This document shows positions 49,560 through 58,146 of a DNA stretch of 64,000 bases, one piece after another. How positions within the stretch are numbered: position 1 is the stretch's first letter; each line of letters starts with the position of its first letter. The DNA is from Nanobdellota archaeon (GTDB taxonomy: Archaea; Nanobdellota; Nanobdellia; Parvarchaeales; Parvarchaeaceae). The stretch spans positions 14,120 through 78,119 of the forward strand of contig JAKAPK010000002.1 in assembly GCA_021807125.1 (NCBI GenBank), in the 5' to 3' direction. The notes beneath the pieces are model-generated. The model saw only the letters and a list, made by a program, of their open reading frames with translations. It made no database searches and was not told where the DNA came from. A program made the translations under genes and the position numbers.

Positions 49560-49862
49560 TCAGCCTTTTATCTCCTTTAATTTCGACAGATTAGAACTAC
49601 CTGTCTCTTTGTAAAGGGCTATAAGGAGAGATATGAAGGCCGCGCTTTCCAACACGGCTACAACTAATATAATAAGCACGTAGTTCGCGCCATTGTATAA
49701 GTTAAATGACTCGGTTGCGGCTGCGATATTTATCAATGCTGAGTTTATTATGAGTTCGCCACTAACGATAAGTGTTATGCCGTTCCTCCTTGAAAGTATT
49801 CCATAAATCGCTACTGCAAAAACCATGCCCGTAACCAATAAAAAATAATTATAAGGTATCAT
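49560..49862 (-). CDS. nuoK: NADH-quinone oxidoreductase subunit K (4L)
   Basis: 100 aa, three TM helices with conserved Glu residues in TM2/TM3 (SGELIIN...ESAAF). Confidence 0.8.
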   Translation of the reverse strand: MIPYNYFLLVTGMVFAVAIYGILSRRNGITLIVSGELIINSALINIAAATESFNLYNGANYVLIILVVAVLESAAFISLLIALYKETGSSNLSKLKEIKG

Positions 49863-50391
49863 GTTTGTCCTCCTTTGTTATGAGATATATGGAAGATATT
49901 AAAGTCGCTATCGCAGTAATTGCAAGCAACGCCAGCAAAGGCCCATAATCTATAAATAAGCTGTATCCAAGTCCCGAATAGTTTAGATTAGAAGTTACTG
50001 GGTTCGCCCTGCCGTTATATAAGAGAAATGACAAGAAGGCAAGTATAAGTAACGGTAGTATAAAAATATACTTTTTGTCCTGATACGAAAACTCTCCTTC
50101 GGGCATAAGAAATATTGCTATTGCGAGAAGCACTACTATACCCCCGTTATATATTATCAATTCCGCTAAACTGAGAAATATCGCATTTAGGTAAATAAAA
50201 AACGCTGAAACTACAATAACGAATAAAAATAAAAATAAGATATAATGTACGAGTCTTCTACTCGCCACACACAACATTGATATGACTACTAAAAGCGCTG
50301 AAAGCGCAAAGAAGCCAAGTGTGTATGCATCCATATTATTATTGTCCAAAGGTATCTTATATAATTTTTTTAGTTTACCTACGATATCCAA
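49849..50391 (-). CDS. nuoJ: NADH-quinone oxidoreductase subunit J
   Basis: 180 aa, TTG start in the ORF track (the real start may be the internal Met). NuoJ-like TM pattern RLVHYILFLF...ELIIYNGGIVVL. Confidence 0.7.
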   Translation of the reverse strand: MDIVGKLKKLYKIPLDNNNMDAYTLGFFALSALLVVISMLCVASRRLVHYILFLFLFVIVVSAFFIYLNAIFLSLAELIIYNGGIVVLLAIAIFLMPEGEFSYQDKKYIFILPLLILAFLSFLLYNGRANPVTSNLNYSGLGYSLFIDYGPLLALLAITAIATLISSIYLITKEDKHDTL

Positions 50392-50481
50392 TAAGATAGC
50401 GAGCTTTTGCCAGCGTATGTTAAAATGAGGACTATCTGTAAGTAGAAATATTTAAATACTATACCTCTTCTACAGTTTAAG

Positions 50482-51102
50482 ATGGACTTGAATTTGATTT
50501 TAGAGGATGTCGTTTCAGCACTAAAAAGTGCAAAAAGCACAAGAGACGGCAATTCGCACCCAAATCCATATGCTGGGTTCGCGTCAAAACTAAGGCCTGA
50601 AGAGACGGTATTCTACAAACAACGAGCTATGCACGCAAGATATTTTCAAGGCGGCGAAATAAGTAGCATTGATCTGACCACCTACGCCCTTTCACTAGGC
50701 ATCATGCCGTCCGATAGGATGTTCTATGAGTGTTTCTATTTCAATTTACTGAACCGAATAGTGTCAAAAAGAGAGATATATAAAGGAATTAATAGCCGGG
50801 ATATAAACGAGCAAATACTGCCAAATATAGAAAAAACGATAACAAAAACGGGTATATCTAACATGAATATGCAAGGGTTTCCGGAGGATTGCAACTTTGT
50901 GCATGACATAAAGGAATTCGTAGTCGCTGCATTAACTGGAATTTCTGATGAAAATCAATTCGAAATAACCGGACTTAACGACGGCGCAATACAATGGCTT
51001 TACGAGTATTCAAACACTGAGAAAGAATTAATAGTTAGTATGCGGCACAAAAATAGGGTGCTTTTGAAAGATGGCACGTTACGTGACTTGCCTAAAACGT
51101 GA
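50482..51102 (+). CDS. Hypothetical soluble protein
   Basis: 206 aa, no TM and no motif I can assign; first gene of a four-gene plus-strand run ending in ksgA. Confidence 0.4.
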   Translation: MDLNLILEDVVSALKSAKSTRDGNSHPNPYAGFASKLRPEETVFYKQRAMHARYFQGGEISSIDLTTYALSLGIMPSDRMFYECFYFNLLNRIVSKREIYKGINSRDINEQILPNIEKTITKTGISNMNMQGFPEDCNFVHDIKEFVVAALTGISDENQFEITGLNDGAIQWLYEYSNTEKELIVSMRHKNRVLLKDGTLRDLPKT

Positions 51103-51138
51103 ATTAACTTATTTATTTAGAAAAAGAGGATAAATAAT

Positions 51139-52005
51139 ATGTTTGGCGGACTAGTAAGGGATTATGAGAAGGAGTTCTCAACGGAGAATTTAGAGAACAA
51201 ACACGTATTCTATGACCTGTATTTAAAGACAGATGATGCACAAGACTTAAGGAATGAGGTGTCCGAATCGCTTAGTGATTTAGGTTATAAGACACTTTTA
51301 AATGAAATGACAAAGTTTGACGATCCGGGAATGGAGGAACTTTTCAGAGGGGGAAACGCGAAACCTATTAGAGTGTACCTAAAATCTGCGAAAGACAATT
51401 ACAAGGGCTCAAAGTATCCTGTTCTTTGGAAAACATTTCTAGTCGTTGGCGTTATATTGACAATTGTGGCTGTTATGATATCTGGCAGTTCGGTGTACAA
51501 TCAAATAAAAACATTAAGCTATTCGCCGCCTACACTTTTTATATATGCGACTATTGCATGTTATGCGCTGGCAGTTATATTTTTAGCTGTAAGATTCACA
51601 GTGCCTATGTTTTCATGGATAAAGATAATAGGAGTTTACGATCCGACTGAAGCTAGCTCAAATGTTAGAGTTGTACTTGCAGCGGAATGTCAATTTGCAG
51701 ACAAAGATACCTACGCTAAGTTAGAAAGTGATATGAGTGAACTTTATAGCGAACTATCCAGAAAATACTCTAATAAACTGAAGAAATCAGACTTCAATGA
51801 CAGTGTTACATCTGGACTTTCTATAGGAAGAGGTGCGAATCAAAAACTCCTTTTGCGCTTAAAGGAGGCAGAAAAAGAATCCGCAGACTTAGAAAGAAAC
51901 TTTACCGCGGGTAAAATAAGCGAAAATAAATACGATGAACTTAAAGCATCGATTGATGGTAAAAAAGCACAGCTTGAAGCTTTATTCGATCTTCTTGCGC
52001 CATAG
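51139..52005 (+). CDS. Hypothetical membrane protein with two central TM helices and a C-terminal SHOCT-like amphipathic tail
   Basis: 288 aa. TM helices at about 106-128 and 140-162. The C-terminus AGKISENKYDELKASIDGKKAQLEALFD matches the short GxI(S/T)xxEYxxxKxxL pattern of SHOCT domains. Confidence 0.45.
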   Translation: MFGGLVRDYEKEFSTENLENKHVFYDLYLKTDDAQDLRNEVSESLSDLGYKTLLNEMTKFDDPGMEELFRGGNAKPIRVYLKSAKDNYKGSKYPVLWKTFLVVGVILTIVAVMISGSSVYNQIKTLSYSPPTLFIYATIACYALAVIFLAVRFTVPMFSWIKIIGVYDPTEASSNVRVVLAAECQFADKDTYAKLESDMSELYSELSRKYSNKLKKSDFNDSVTSGLSIGRGANQKLLLRLKEAEKESADLERNFTAGKISENKYDELKASIDGKKAQLEALFDLLAP

Positions 52006-52094
52006 ACATTACTGTCATAATACTAAACTTTTAACTCTATTTTCGATAGAAAGTTATATAAGCTGTTATCAACCAATAAATATTAGATATCTTT

Positions 52095-52385
52095 ATGCTG
52101 CCTTCGATTATAGACTGTAATTTCTTTAAAAGAGCTTCCCTGATGTTTGATGACAAAAAGGAATCGGCACTCATTTTTAACTTAAAAGATGAAAACGAAT
52201 ACAATTTTGTTTTTAAATGTCCAAAATGTGGCAGCAGTAATGAATTCAAGGAACAATTGAATGTAAAAAAGATTAGAGAAAACGGTAAGAATAAAGAGTT
52301 TATAGTATTCTATTGCAAAAAATGTAAAAATGAATACCATTTGGAAAAACAGAAAAGAATGATGGGTTTGGGAAAAACAAAATAG
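52095..52385 (+). CDS. Small zinc-ribbon protein
   Basis: 96 aa. Two CxxC pairs (CPKCGSS ... YCKKCKNEY) form a rubredoxin-like zinc ribbon; 3 nt upstream of ksgA. Confidence 0.45.
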   Translation: MLPSIIDCNFFKRASLMFDDKKESALIFNLKDENEYNFVFKCPKCGSSNEFKEQLNVKKIRENGKNKEFIVFYCKKCKNEYHLEKQKRMMGLGKTK

Positions 52386-52388
52386 ACT

Positions 52389-53207
52389 ATGGGTGACATA
52401 AGAGACTTGGCCGTTGCCTTGGTCCGCTCTTACACGTTAACTTCCCCTGAAGAGGAGGGGCAGTATTTTCTAGTAGATGAAGCTATTCTTTCAAAGGAAA
52501 TAGAGGCTGAAGAACTTAATAATAGTGATGTACTGCTGGATATAGGTGCCGGTTTTGGATTCACTCTTGACAGAACGCGCAAGCTGTGTAAATGTATAGC
52601 TATAGAAAAGGACATCAAACTGTATTCTTATCTAATAAACAAGTACGAAACAGACCATAATGTGGAACTAATAAACGATGATGCGACTCGCATAATTTTC
52701 CCTAAATTCAATAAAGTGATAGCTAATTTGCCATATTCGATTACAGACAGGGTATTGATCAAATTGTCCAAGTATGAGTTCGATTTTGGAGTCGGTATAC
52801 TTCCAAATACAATATGTCAGAACCTTCTAGATCCAGAAACTAATAAGAGCAAGTTGGGAATAATATTGAATAACTTCTTTAGTTTTGATTATATAATGGA
52901 TGTTCCACCGAGCGGATTTTATCCTTCACCTCGAGTTACCAGCAAACTGATAAAATTCTCAAAGAAAAAAAAGAATTATATACAGGCTATAATGTCAAAG
53001 GATGAGATGACGCTAAAAAACGCCATATTGAGAACGCATCGTGAGATGTTAGCTTCAACTAAAAATGGCAGTAGGGGTTTGCTTTCAAAAGACCTAGAAA
53101 AAATAGAAGATATAGACAACATGACATTGAGACAACTTGATTATAGAAAGACGAAGTATTTTATAGAATTTATAAAGAACGATATAGGCAAGCATTTTAA
53201 TGCTTAG
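52389..53207 (+). CDS. ksgA: 16S/18S rRNA (adenine-N6,N6)-dimethyltransferase KsgA/Dim1
   Basis: 272 aa. SAM motif I LLDIGAGFGFTL and catalytic ANLPYSIT (NLPY) motif IV. Confidence 0.8.
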   Translation: MGDIRDLAVALVRSYTLTSPEEEGQYFLVDEAILSKEIEAEELNNSDVLLDIGAGFGFTLDRTRKLCKCIAIEKDIKLYSYLINKYETDHNVELINDDATRIIFPKFNKVIANLPYSITDRVLIKLSKYEFDFGVGILPNTICQNLLDPETNKSKLGIILNNFFSFDYIMDVPPSGFYPSPRVTSKLIKFSKKKKNYIQAIMSKDEMTLKNAILRTHREMLASTKNGSRGLLSKDLEKIEDIDNMTLRQLDYRKTKYFIEFIKNDIGKHFNA

Positions 53208-56200
53208 AAGCGACCGCATCGGCAGGCATCTTTACACTAACTACATGACTAATCCCTTCTTGATCCATAGTAACTCCATATATTACGTCCGCATTTATTA
53301 GCGTAGTTTCGCTGTGTGATATTATGATAAACTGGGTATCCGAAGCATAAGATTTAACCAAACTAGAAAATTTCGAGGCATTAAGCGGGTCCAAAGCTGC
53401 ATCGACTTCGTCTAGAACGTAGAAAGGCACACTTATGTACTTAGATATTGACATAAGAAGAGATATTGATAGTATTGATTTCTCGCCTCCGCTCAACCCG
53501 TGTAAGCCGCTTATCTTTTTGTTTGGGAGATTTATTTTTATAGTCAATCCGCTTGAGAAGATATCTTCTTTATTCTCAGGTACCAGTTCGGCTTTGCCAC
53601 CAGTAACATATCCATAAACCTTGGCAAATATCTCATTAAGCTGATTTAGTGTCTGCATAAATGCATCTGTTTTTTTCTGGTCTATCTCAGATATAAGTGC
53701 TTCTATCCTTATTTTTTCGTCGGTAAGACTGGAAATCTTTGTATTTATGTCTGTGAACTCTAAAGATAATTTATCATACGTGTCCACTGCGAGTTCGTTT
53801 ATTGGGCCGAATGACTGTAATTTAGTATCTATCTGCTTAAGCTGTTTCTTTAATGAGTCTTGATTTGCATTTTCTTCTAATTTAAGCTGGCTAGTGTCGT
53901 ATTTCTTTACTTCCTCTTCCGCAAGACTTAGTGTAACTTTTATTTGCGCCTGCTCGACTTCTTTCTTATGGATTTCAGACTGAACATCCCCCATATTTGA
54001 GGATATAGATTTTTGCTTGGTTTCTATTTCTGTTATTTGCCCAGAAAGGAAATCGCGCCTATTGCGTAGTTCATCTAGATTTATTCGCTTCTTATCAACT
54101 TCGCTCTTAATTTCCTTAAGATCTTTATCTACTTTGTCTATACGTTTTATCACAATATCTGTCTCATTTGTAAACCTTGTTTTCTCTTTTGCCTCATCTA
54201 TAAGTCTCCTTGAAAGGTTCACCAAGGAAGGATCAAATATATTTTGTATCTTATTAAGAGACGTAGCGTTTGAAACATCTAGCGCTCTTATTTCGGAGTC
54301 CATTGTTTCTATTTGTTTTCCATGATCTAAACGCTCGATGTTCATTGATCTTAGTTTTTTAATCTGATCCTCTAAGACCAAACTTTCTTTTTCAAGATCG
54401 TTTATGTTTTTAGACAGGTCGTTTTCAGAGCCCTTAAATTTTGATATCTCCTGTGATACCTCACGTATGGACTGGCTTATCTCTTTCAGTTTTATTTCTA
54501 TAACATTTAGTGACGTCAAGTACGAACCTAATATCGCGTTCTTATTTTGGAACTCGGATTCTAACCTGGATTTTATTGCAGTGTGTTCCTTCTGTTTGCT
54601 CAGGGACTCATTATATTTCCTACTTATTACAGAAAAACTTATACGCTCGCTTGAACCCCCTGATATAGCCCCGGTCTTTTCAAAAACCGTACCGTCCAAA
54701 GTAACCATGCGATATTTGTTCATAAAACTTTTGGCCTGATCAAAACGTTCTACGAGTATTGTGTCACCAAATACGAATTTCATCGCATTTTTTACGTTGT
54801 CTTCGAATTTTACAAGATGTATTAAATAGTCTATTACACCGTCGTGTTGAGGCTTCTCACTTATCACCGGTGAGATTATGCGATTTATCGGTATAAAGGT
54901 GTATATTCCTAATTTGTCCTTTTTAAGTTTCGATATGCATTCCTGCGCTACCTGCTCAGATTCAACTATAATAAAATCAGACCGCCTTCCGAGCGCACTG
55001 AATATTGCATCGATGTGGGATTTGTTTGGTATAAGAATCAATTCTGATACTGAACCATACACGCCCTTTACGTCTTTTTTGAGTTCTGCGGAAACTCTTG
55101 TTGCCTTATTTACGGCGTATAATGCGTTCCTGTGTGCAGAAAGTTCATCGTTTATTCCATTAATAGATTCTTCTTCTCTTCTAATGCCGTCGCGTAAAAT
55201 ATCAACTTCCTTTTTTAGTTCCGAAAACTGAAGTGTTATTTCTTTATTTTCGCTTTCAGATTTTGACTTCTCTTTGTTAAGTTCGCTTAGTCTAGCCTGC
55301 AATTGTGCTAATTGCGGATAAGCAGAAAGTGCTACTCTTGCTTCGAGTATCTCTTTATTTACCCTTTCATATTCTTTGTTTAAAGAATCAAGTTTTTTGA
55401 AGTGCTCCTGAGAAGAAAGCATCTTACTAACTAACGCTTCTCTCTGATCTTTAAGCCCAGTTAATCGATTGCTGGATATTTTAAATGACTCGTTCTCCTT
55501 TGTTTTTTTGTTAAGAGTATCATTATATTCCGATTTTATCTGGTTTAAAGCCATCTCCAGAGATTCCGATTGACGTTTGTTGTTTTCAAGCACCGATTTT
55601 AGATGAGCAAGCTCTGACTCTAATCCAGTTGCTCTTTTTTCAACGGCTATCAGTTCTTGCTCTCCCTTTGATTCGGCTTCATTGTTTATCTTGTTTAATT
55701 CGGATTTCATGTCTTCCACTTTATTAGAAGCCGCGTTATAATCCTCGGACAGCGATTTGTATCTGCCGTTTATTTCGTTTATCTGCGAGGTGAACGCTTC
55801 ATATTTTTCTTTAGCATTTTTATGCACTAACAGTGCAATTAAAGAGCTTAAACGGATATTTTCATCCTTTAACGACTTGAAATCCAGAGCCCTTTTCTTT
55901 TCTTTATCTAATTCCTCCATCATCGCTTTCTTTTCCTTTCTTAGCATTTCCATTTTTGATATATTTGATGCAACTTTGTCTAGTTCCAGGACTGTTTTAC
56001 CTTTTTTCTCCTCAAAAACGCTTATACCAGATATGTTTTTTATTATCTCTAATTTCTCTTCAGGTGAAGAATCTGCTATTTCGACTATTTTTCCCTGGGG
56101 AATTATATTATACCCGTCTTGTCTCACTTTTACATTGGAAAGAAGATTTATTATTTCTTCGCGTGTCGACGCTTCGCCATTTACCCTAAAAACGCTCTTC

Positions 56201-56526
56201 CCAGTCTTGTCAATCTTTCTGCTTAAGCTAACTTCAGTGTCATATTTCTCCATAGCTTTGTCAGAGTTATCAAAGAACAGTGTGACTTTGGTATATTCTG
56301 CTTCTTTGTGAGTTTTACCGCCGTTAAATATTAAATCTGTTAGCAACTCACTCCTCATCTCTTTTTTTGATAAACCCCCAAAAACGAACATTATTGCGTC
56401 TATTATGTTACTTTTACCAGAACCATTGGCACCCGCTATTGCATTGAAACCTTTTATGAACGACAGCTTCACGTGTCCGCTGAAAGATTTAAAATTATCC
56501 AGCTCTATCTCTTTTATAAATGCCAT
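53197..56526 (-). CDS. smc: Chromosome segregation protein SMC
   Basis: 1109 aa. N-terminal Walker A GANGSGKSN, long coiled coils with a central hinge, C-terminal LSGGEKS signature and Walker B VLDEVDAALD. Confidence 0.9.
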   Translation of the reverse strand: MAFIKEIELDNFKSFSGHVKLSFIKGFNAIAGANGSGKSNIIDAIMFVFGGLSKKEMRSELLTDLIFNGGKTHKEAEYTKVTLFFDNSDKAMEKYDTEVSLSRKIDKTGKSVFRVNGEASTREEIINLLSNVKVRQDGYNIIPQGKIVEIADSSPEEKLEIIKNISGISVFEEKKGKTVLELDKVASNISKMEMLRKEKKAMMEELDKEKKRALDFKSLKDENIRLSSLIALLVHKNAKEKYEAFTSQINEINGRYKSLSEDYNAASNKVEDMKSELNKINNEAESKGEQELIAVEKRATGLESELAHLKSVLENNKRQSESLEMALNQIKSEYNDTLNKKTKENESFKISSNRLTGLKDQREALVSKMLSSQEHFKKLDSLNKEYERVNKEILEARVALSAYPQLAQLQARLSELNKEKSKSESENKEITLQFSELKKEVDILRDGIRREEESINGINDELSAHRNALYAVNKATRVSAELKKDVKGVYGSVSELILIPNKSHIDAIFSALGRRSDFIIVESEQVAQECISKLKKDKLGIYTFIPINRIISPVISEKPQHDGVIDYLIHLVKFEDNVKNAMKFVFGDTILVERFDQAKSFMNKYRMVTLDGTVFEKTGAISGGSSERISFSVISRKYNESLSKQKEHTAIKSRLESEFQNKNAILGSYLTSLNVIEIKLKEISQSIREVSQEISKFKGSENDLSKNINDLEKESLVLEDQIKKLRSMNIERLDHGKQIETMDSEIRALDVSNATSLNKIQNIFDPSLVNLSRRLIDEAKEKTRFTNETDIVIKRIDKVDKDLKEIKSEVDKKRINLDELRNRRDFLSGQITEIETKQKSISSNMGDVQSEIHKKEVEQAQIKVTLSLAEEEVKKYDTSQLKLEENANQDSLKKQLKQIDTKLQSFGPINELAVDTYDKLSLEFTDINTKISSLTDEKIRIEALISEIDQKKTDAFMQTLNQLNEIFAKVYGYVTGGKAELVPENKEDIFSSGLTIKINLPNKKISGLHGLSGGEKSILSISLLMSISKYISVPFYVLDEVDAALDPLNASKFSSLVKSYASDTQFIIISHSETTLINADVIYGVTMDQEGISHVVSVKMPADAVASKH

Positions 56527-56670
56527 AAACAGATATTATTGGTTTTTGATTTATAATATATAATCTAAATCGCTCCTTAAATTATAAAAGTATATACTTC
56601 TATAGTTTTCTGAAGTGCAAGGCTAAATTTACATTAAATTAGGTGTTTATGCTGGCAATCTGGATGGAAT

Positions 56671-57183
56671 ATGATAAGATATGAATTATCAAAAGGTGCA
56701 AAGATACTCTTTATAGGCATAAATCCACATCCTGGTTCATTCAAAAGAGGAGTACCGTTTTCAAACAATAAAACTTTTTGGTATCTGTTGAATTCTGCAG
56801 GGTTAATAGAAGAAGACGCCTCTATATTAAAGGATGACAGAATACTAAAAAAAGTCTACAGTTCAAAATTCGCAAAAAAATATGGATTCAATCTGCTTAA
56901 TATAATTAATCGTCCAAGTATAAATGTCTCTTATCTTAGAAAAGACGAAGAAAATAAAGGTAGAAAGCTTATTTTTAGTTCTATTAAGAAATACAGGCCG
57001 AATATCGTTTGCTTTATAGGAAAGATAACCTTTCAAAAATTCGCTGGAGTTAAACAAGTCCGCTTTGGATGGCAAAAAAGTATATACGAATCAAAAGTCT
57101 TCGTGATGCATTTCCCGATAAGAGGTAAAGCTGAAATAAGAATAAAAGAACTAAAAAAGATGGCCAAAATCGCTAGATTTTAG
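56671..57183 (+). CDS. Mismatch-specific uracil-DNA glycosylase (Mug/TDG, UDG family 2-like)
   Basis: 170 aa. ILFIGINPHPGS (GINP catalytic motif of the Mug/TDG clade) and overall size. Confidence 0.6.
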   Translation: MIRYELSKGAKILFIGINPHPGSFKRGVPFSNNKTFWYLLNSAGLIEEDASILKDDRILKKVYSSKFAKKYGFNLLNIINRPSINVSYLRKDEENKGRKLIFSSIKKYRPNIVCFIGKITFQKFAGVKQVRFGWQKSIYESKVFVMHFPIRGKAEIRIKELKKMAKIARF

Positions 57184-57205
57184 CGATAGGTCAACCAATT
57201 CAGAA

Positions 57206-58006
57206 TTAGCCTTGGTGGGTATGAGCAGCTGCGATGTTTTTAAACTTTTCTGCTATGTACGGCCCTTTTATGTTTATCACAACCTCACTGCTTGGGTGCG
57301 TTTCTTTTTCGTTTTGCGTGAAGACAAACACTTCATTTTTGTCTACGATTATGAATCTGCCAATATCAAGGTTAAGTTTATTAAATTTTCCTATCTGTTT
57401 TATATCAGACGAAATTTCCTCTGTAAGATTCTCAATCGGCGCCATAACATGTATTGCTACACCTTTTGATTTTGCGTGCTTTAATGCACGATTAAGAGCT
57501 CTTAACTTGCTTGATAAGGCATTTGCAGTGGTTACAAGCAATACTTCATCTTTAGCTTCCTTTATGCTTTTCTTGATTCTGAACATAGCAGAGTTCATGC
57601 CTTGGTATGAAGTTACTACGTGCTCTTCCTTTACGTACTTTATACCTCTGCTATAAAGTTCTTGAAGGTCCTTAAGAACAGAACTTCCTTTTAGTTTTGA
57701 AAGCTTGTCAAGCTTAATATCAAGATCTTCTTTAGCTTTTTCTTCTAATTTTTCAATCAGCTCGGATGGGGCTATTGCTCTATATGCTATTGGTTTTCCC
57801 ACATCACGTACTATAAACCCCGCGCCTTCTAAAGAAGCGAGTATATCATAGGATCTGGACTTAGGGATATTTGCTATTTCGCTCAATCTACCGGTTGTAG
57901 ATTTGCCCTGAGACAGAAGTGCGAGCCAAACTTTAGCCTCGTACAAGTTAAGTCCAAACAGCCTTCTTATCTTAGCCACATAATCTTCGCCTAAATTCAA
58001 TGCCAT
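57206..58006 (-). CDS. trmB: TrmB-family transcriptional regulator (winged HTH plus C-terminal sensing domain)
   Basis: 266 aa. N-terminal LNLYEAKVWLALLSQGKSTTGRLSEIANIPKSRSYDILASLEGAGFI is the TrmB wHTH. Confidence 0.75.
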   Translation of the reverse strand: MALNLGEDYVAKIRRLFGLNLYEAKVWLALLSQGKSTTGRLSEIANIPKSRSYDILASLEGAGFIVRDVGKPIAYRAIAPSELIEKLEEKAKEDLDIKLDKLSKLKGSSVLKDLQELYSRGIKYVKEEHVVTSYQGMNSAMFRIKKSIKEAKDEVLLVTTANALSSKLRALNRALKHAKSKGVAIHVMAPIENLTEEISSDIKQIGKFNKLNLDIGRFIIVDKNEVFVFTQNEKETHPSSEVVINIKGPYIAEKFKNIAAAHTHQG

Positions 58007-58026
58007 ACTTCCTCCAAAATTTACCC

Positions 58027-58038
58027 TACTTAAAAGTA
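58027..58038. promoter_or_regulatory. TACT-N4-AGTA palindrome about 20 nt upstream of the trmB start codon, in the trmB/MMPL divergent region. Candidate TrmB operator.
   Basis: Read directly: TACTTAAAAGTA. P. furiosus TrmB is known to bind TACT-N3-AGTA, so this is a near match with one extra spacer nucleotide. Confidence 0.3.
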
Positions 58039-58146
58039 GTATACATTCTACATATCATCTTAAGTATTTAAAGTTTACACTAGTACTAGAACCAACTATT
58101 TATTAGTATACGTTGCCATATATAAAAGCATTGTGCAATTGAATTT

